From an uncultured cyanobacterium (GTDB lineage: Bacteria > Cyanobacteriota > Cyanobacteriia > Cyanobacteriales > CAWCAG01): 64,000 nucleotides of DNA. Below are positions 59,336-64,000 of the stretch, one piece after another. The DNA lies in the NCBI GenBank assembly GCA_963793425.1, contig CAWCAG010000005.1, positions 544,001 to 608,000 on the forward strand. The letters run 5' to 3'. The translations under genes were made by a program, and so were the position numbers. The notes below the pieces were generated by a model. It was not told where the DNA came from and searched no databases. It saw nothing but the letters and a program-made list of their open reading frames with translations. Position 1 is the stretch's first letter, and each line of letters starts with the position of its first letter.

Positions 59336-60157
59336 ATGAACTTTTCTTCAGGAAGGCAAAATTTTAAGGCAGAAGTTCAGCAATCAGATGAAAAAGTTGA
59401 TCTTGCTAAAGCAGCTCTTTATTTAGCTCAAGAAGAGTATCCTCAACTGCCAGTACACAAATATCTTGATTTGTTAGACAAAATGGCAGGGGTTGTCATA
59501 GAAGAGTTACCCGCAGAGCGTTATCCCCTGCGAATTATTCAAACCATTAATCGTTATCTTTACCAATCTCTAGGCTTCCAAGGAAATTCCCAAGATTATT
59601 ATAATCCTTGTAATAGTTTTTTGAACGATGTTCTCGAAAAACGCCAAGGTATTCCGATTACCCTTTCCTTGGTTTATTTAGAAATTGCCCGTCGGATCGG
59701 TTTTCCGATGGTGGGTATTGGTATGCCAGGGCATTTCTTAATTCGTCCTGATTTTGCAGAAGCAGGCATTTTTGTCGATGCTTTTAACCAAGGGGAAATT
59801 CTTTTTGAACAAGATTGCCAAGAAAAACTAAATCAACTTTACCAGCAACCAGTCGCTTTAGAAGAGCGTTTTTTTGCCCCAGTTACTAACCGCGAATTTC
59901 TTCAGCGTATGTTAAGTAACTTAAAGCACATCTATCTTAGTCAGCATCAACTTATTAAGGCTTTGACTATAGTCGAAAGAATCCTGTTGTTAGTCCCTAA
60001 TTCCCCCCAAGAAACTAGGGATAGAGGCATTATTTATTACCAGTTAGGAGAGTTGGCTAGGGCTAACCAAGATTTGCAGAAATATTTAGATATTGCCCCC
60101 CAAGCAGAAGATTTAGCCCTGATTGTTCAGTTGATTGAACAAATTAAGCAATCTTAG
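59336..60157 (+). CDS. SirB1 family (transglutaminase-like core + TPR) protein
   Basis: FQGNSQDYYNPCNSFLNDVL, GIPITLS, GMPGHF, RDRG. Confidence 0.9.
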   Translation: MNFSSGRQNFKAEVQQSDEKVDLAKAALYLAQEEYPQLPVHKYLDLLDKMAGVVIEELPAERYPLRIIQTINRYLYQSLGFQGNSQDYYNPCNSFLNDVLEKRQGIPITLSLVYLEIARRIGFPMVGIGMPGHFLIRPDFAEAGIFVDAFNQGEILFEQDCQEKLNQLYQQPVALEERFFAPVTNREFLQRMLSNLKHIYLSQHQLIKALTIVERILLLVPNSPQETRDRGIIYYQLGELARANQDLQKYLDIAPQAEDLALIVQLIEQIKQS

Positions 60158-60251
60158 GAATAAATGATATTGTTCAGGGAGTTGCCGTGTCGCCGTTTAA
60201 CCAAGAATTCGAGATTCTGGCAGGTATTTTATTTCAGTGCCAGCCCCTAAG

Positions 60252-62228
60252 TTAATAGTTAAGTTTTTGTTCGTCGGTATAAAAACGGTAGAAATAGTAA
60301 CCATCCACAAAGGATTGTTCATCAGCTACATGGTGGATGATACCTTTTTCTATCAGCATCTGTCCCAGTTCTACAGCTTCTTGGCGACTACATTGTTGCT
60401 TTTCCACAAGCCAATCTACGGCTTCTGAACCCAGGAAACAATAACGATAACGTTTAAATCGATAATTCCTGTCTTGAATTTCTAGCCCTTGTGTCCCTCG
60501 CATTGCTTTTACTAAGGTTTCTATTTCCCTGGGGGTTAGTTCGTTAGGCTCATGGCTAATTTCTACTAAGGGCTGCTCCCGATCTTTGTGATCTGAAGGA
60601 GGTTCTTGAGTTTCAAAGTTGGCGAAGTCAGCAACTATTTCTGGGTCAAAATCAGTACTATTATGATTAGCCCCACCGTTTTTATTTAACCAAGTGCTGA
60701 TTAATTCTTCTAACACAGGCGATCGCAAATTCAAGTCTCTTTGAGGAAAAGGAACTTCGATATTATGACGGCGTAAGCTTTCATCAATGCCATAGTTAAG
60801 ATCACTTTTGATGCGGGGTTGTTCTTGGGGTTCTTTTGTCCAAACCAGTAGTTCAAAGTTAAGGGAACTATCACCAAATTCTTGGAACCAAACTTCTGGT
60901 TTCGGTCTATAAAGTACATCATTATGACCTGTTGCTGCTTCCAAAAGGGCTGTTTTAACTTCTTTTATGTTTGAGCCATAGGCAACTCCTACAGGAACTT
61001 TGAGGCGGGTAATAGAGTTCCCATGGCGGCGGTTGATTACTTCATTTTGTAGAAAGCTGGAGTTAGGAACAATTATAGCTACTTGATCTAAAGTTAAAAT
61101 CTCTGTGCTACGAGCGCCGATACGTTTGATGATTCCTTCTAGCCCCTTAATTTCTACGAAATCGCCAACTTTGATAGGTTGCTCGATAGTAATAATAACT
61201 CCACTAATAAAGTTGTTAGCAATGTTTTGTACTCCGAAGCCAATACCTACTCCCAAAGCACTAGCAAAAATAGCTAAAGAACTAACATCTACTCCCCAAA
61301 TTTGCAGAATCAGAATAACGCCAAAAAAGGTCAGCAGATATTGACTAATGAAACTTAGTACTTGCTCTAGTCCTTTATCAGCACCAATTTTACTAAAAAC
61401 GTGAATTTTTAGTAATTTTATAAAACTGCGAACTCCAAACCAAATACCAATAATGAAAACCAATAAAAGTAGGAGTTGTAGGATAGAGTAAGGTTTATCT
61501 CCTATGGTGATTAAAGGATAAAACAGAAAGGTAAGAATTCTATAGCGCCATCCCCTAGTTTGAGGAAAAATATCAGTGATATAGTAAGCTGTACCAAACC
61601 ATAAAGTTATTTGTGATATTAACCAAAACAACCTTAAGCTATTGATGGTTGGCTGCTGTACAGATTGGGAAAAATTAATATTAGCTAATAATTTTCTTGA
61701 TTGCTTGACTGTAAAACGACCTAAAAATTTAATGAGATAATGAACTGCGATCGCAATAGCCAATGCTACCAAGCTAAGTAGTAAACCGCGACGATAGTAA
61801 GATAACCTACGCTCTTCTTGACCTCTTTTTAAAGCTTGCTTAATACGCCTTTGCCAAACAGAAGCTTGGCGATGGGGAGTTAAACTATTAGCTAAGTCTC
61901 CTTGAGTTACAGTTAAGATATGATCTTCTTCTCCTTTCGCACGAATAACTACCGAACCTTCTTCTTCTGCTACTTCAATTTCTACTTTTTGGGAAGAGTT
62001 AACTAGTTTCTCTAAGGTTTCATTAACAAGCTCAGCCCGCTCAAAAGCTGATAGGCTAGCAAATTCTTGTACTTTAAATAATTCTTCACCATCTAGCATT
62101 ACAGGGGCTTTCCCCAAGTTGGGATTCCAAGGTATTTGAGCTAGGCTAGGAGTGGGAGTTATGATTATTAATAAAGTTAGCAAACCAAGCAAAGTAGCTA
62201 ACCAAGGTCGTTTAAAGAATCGGCTCAT
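60252..62228 (-). CDS. MscS mechanosensitive channel with C-terminal DEP domain
   Basis: GVGIGFGVQN, VPNS, VGVAYG, FGDSSL, IEVPFPQR; CFLGSEAVDWL...GIIHHV...FYRF. Confidence 0.88.
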   Translation of the reverse strand: MSRFFKRPWLATLLGLLTLLIIITPTPSLAQIPWNPNLGKAPVMLDGEELFKVQEFASLSAFERAELVNETLEKLVNSSQKVEIEVAEEEGSVVIRAKGEEDHILTVTQGDLANSLTPHRQASVWQRRIKQALKRGQEERRLSYYRRGLLLSLVALAIAIAVHYLIKFLGRFTVKQSRKLLANINFSQSVQQPTINSLRLFWLISQITLWFGTAYYITDIFPQTRGWRYRILTFLFYPLITIGDKPYSILQLLLLLVFIIGIWFGVRSFIKLLKIHVFSKIGADKGLEQVLSFISQYLLTFFGVILILQIWGVDVSSLAIFASALGVGIGFGVQNIANNFISGVIITIEQPIKVGDFVEIKGLEGIIKRIGARSTEILTLDQVAIIVPNSSFLQNEVINRRHGNSITRLKVPVGVAYGSNIKEVKTALLEAATGHNDVLYRPKPEVWFQEFGDSSLNFELLVWTKEPQEQPRIKSDLNYGIDESLRRHNIEVPFPQRDLNLRSPVLEELISTWLNKNGGANHNSTDFDPEIVADFANFETQEPPSDHKDREQPLVEISHEPNELTPREIETLVKAMRGTQGLEIQDRNYRFKRYRYCFLGSEAVDWLVEKQQCSRQEAVELGQMLIEKGIIHHVADEQSFVDGYYFYRFYTDEQKLNY

Positions 62229-62426
62229 TTTAGTTTTTATTTTGTTCCCAAACTTGATATTAAAAATAATAATTAAAGTCTTGTTTTGTTCTTCTTTGAC
62301 ATGATATTATCTATATAGTGGAGAAGATGCGCTCTTGAAAAATAGTTTTCAAAACTGCTATCACTTTAGAGTGACTCTCAACTCTTAAAAATTGGAATTG
62401 AATACAAAGTTTAAATTTGAGTGTCC

Positions 62427-62888
62427 TCAAGATATACTTCCAAAATCCTTAACTCTTTTTTCTGTAATACGAGTTAAACAAGAAGAATAAATTAAGGGTG
62501 CTATAGTTCCTCCAGCAGACAAACTTTGCTCATATTCACAGTCTGCATCGTGGAAAGCAATCCAGTTTTGTTGTGCATTAATTAATAGTTCTTCTCTGGG
62601 ACTTCCCTTCAACTCAGAACGCAACTCTTGATAAACTTGATTTAGTTTCTTATCTGCTACTTCAGTATCAGCAGCAGCGCAGATATTCATTTCCTGCTGA
62701 TTTAAGTTACTACTATCGCTACAATCTATTTGTGGTTCGATTTTACCTTGAGGAGAAACTTCTGCTACTACAGATGCTTTAGTATGAGGGGAATTTATCT
62801 GATTGGTCTGTTCAAAAACAGAACAACTAGTTAATAAGCTTGAGAAGGAAAGAATAGTAGCAGCATAAAAGCGTTGAATGTTGTTCAT
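62427..62888 (-). CDS. LprI/DUF1311 family lipoprotein
   Basis: Lipobox LTSC; QQEMNICA, DKKLNQVY, AQQNWIAFHDADC, CLTRITEKR. Confidence 0.85.
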   Translation of the reverse strand: MNNIQRFYAATILSFSSLLTSCSVFEQTNQINSPHTKASVVAEVSPQGKIEPQIDCSDSSNLNQQEMNICAAADTEVADKKLNQVYQELRSELKGSPREELLINAQQNWIAFHDADCEYEQSLSAGGTIAPLIYSSCLTRITEKRVKDFGSIS

Positions 62889-62941
62889 AGTCGAAATTTT
62901 CTAGTTGGTTAATGATTAAGTTATCTATAATGCCTAATAAA

Positions 62942-63793
62942 TCAAAGCCCTGCTTCAATAAAAGCTTGATCTAAATCTTGTAAAATTCCCAGTTTTTCTC
63001 CCCAATGCCAAAGATAGCTAAAATCTAACCTTTCTCTCTGTAACTTCAAGACTCCTAAAATATCTCGCCACTGTTTCTGAGATTCTCTAGCAGTCATTCT
63101 GTACCAAAGTAATTTTTGCAAGATGCTATCTTCGGAAGTACAAATATATAAAGAAAAGGCTTCATTGCCAGTTTGATATAACTGGCGGCGAGACATTTGT
63201 ATTCGCGAAAAGTCATCTTTCCTCATCACAAAAATGTCAGCTTTTTCTGTGGTTTCTAAATGAATAATATTAAAAGAAGAACTTCTTCCTTCTATAGCGT
63301 CTTCTACCGCTATCTCACTAATGTAATAATCTCCTACCATTGCTGCAACCAAAGCTTGTTTATGTTGAGGTTGTAAATCTACCACTAAATCTAAATCTTC
63401 TGTATACCTCATTTCCCCTTGTAAAGAACTAGCAACAGAACCACCAATGTAATAAGAAATTCCTAAACTTTCCAAAATAGTAATGACTTGTTCAGCTAAC
63501 CATAAGGCATCTTCCATTACTAATTTCCCTTCGCTTTTATAGTAAGCAGATAAGTTAATTAAATCAGTTCTCCAGCGTTTTTTCAGGTAATACTCTCTGA
63601 ACTGAAGAGAAGAAACGTTAGGAAATTGCTGTTCCAAACTCATTAAAACTAGCCGAGTTCCTCTTCTTAGCAACCTTTTAAAACATTTATATTTTCGTTC
63701 CGATTTCATTCTGCGCCACAATTCAAACTGCACTAATTCCGCTTCAATGGTTGTATCCGCCGCTTGAGTTTTGTAGCCTTTGAGATTGATCAT
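62942..63793 (-). CDS. Nucleotidyltransferase-fold protein with N-terminal antitoxin-like domain (apparent fusion)
   Basis: YIGGSVAS...RYTEDLDLV, KADIF, EDSILQKL..Y, KQWRDI; N-terminal DTTIEAELVQFELWRRM. Confidence 0.75.
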   Translation of the reverse strand: MINLKGYKTQAADTTIEAELVQFELWRRMKSERKYKCFKRLLRRGTRLVLMSLEQQFPNVSSLQFREYYLKKRWRTDLINLSAYYKSEGKLVMEDALWLAEQVITILESLGISYYIGGSVASSLQGEMRYTEDLDLVVDLQPQHKQALVAAMVGDYYISEIAVEDAIEGRSSSFNIIHLETTEKADIFVMRKDDFSRIQMSRRQLYQTGNEAFSLYICTSEDSILQKLLWYRMTARESQKQWRDILGVLKLQRERLDFSYLWHWGEKLGILQDLDQAFIEAGL

Positions 63794-64000
63794 TTAATCA
63801 AACACAGAGCGGGGAAAATTAGATATTCCAAGAAAAATAGCTTCCAAATAAATTGATAGAAACGTGCGATCGCAATCTTATTTTCTAAGTCTACTTGTTG
63901 AGAGCGCCACCATAATAAACCTAATAAACCTAAATGGCTAATACTTACTAACCACCGATTAAGTTCCGGTAATAAAAGCCAAGCGGATACAACTATAGCT
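63790..64000 (-). CDS. Homogentisate phytyltransferase (UbiA family), 3' part (runs off window end)
   Basis: Manual translation ...SHLGLLGLLWWRSQQVDLENKIAIARFYQFIWKLFFLEYLIFPALCLIK*. Confidence 0.85.
   Translation of the reverse strand, partial: AIVVSAWLLLPELNRWLVSISHLGLLGLLWWRSQQVDLENKIAIARFYQFIWKLFFLEYLIFPALCLIK

Overview
Chromosomal window from a cyanobacterium: it is AT-rich, has many HIP1 GCGATCGC octamers and 7-8-nt STRR tandem repeats, and carries cyanobacteria-typical genes (DUF3038/DUF4335, DUF760, XisI, Uma2, spp). Most of it is housekeeping: gltA, sixA, carB, sat, smc, scpB, coaBC, rpmF, an ABC-F protein, a SulP transporter and a partial homogentisate phytyltransferase. Three accessory patches interrupt this. 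(i) ~12.3-15.8 kb: Uma2 remnant, XisI, two abutting MITEs, an internally deleted GmrSD-like gene and a DUF433 antitoxin with a truncated toxin. (ii) ~42.7-47.0 kb: orphan PAAR, vapBC, Uma2, XisI, a phage-like ORF and an IS1 hit twice by tiny GC-rich hairpin elements, one in a HIP1 site and one in the frameshift motif. (iii) ~62.9-63.8 kb: an apparently fused antitoxin-nucleotidyltransferase. Also present are two giant kinase-AAA/STAND-GAF proteins, two catalytically substituted caspase-like proteins and an MscS-DEP fusion. I found no CRISPR array, rRNA or tRNA. All family calls come from motif recognition by eye, not from database searches.
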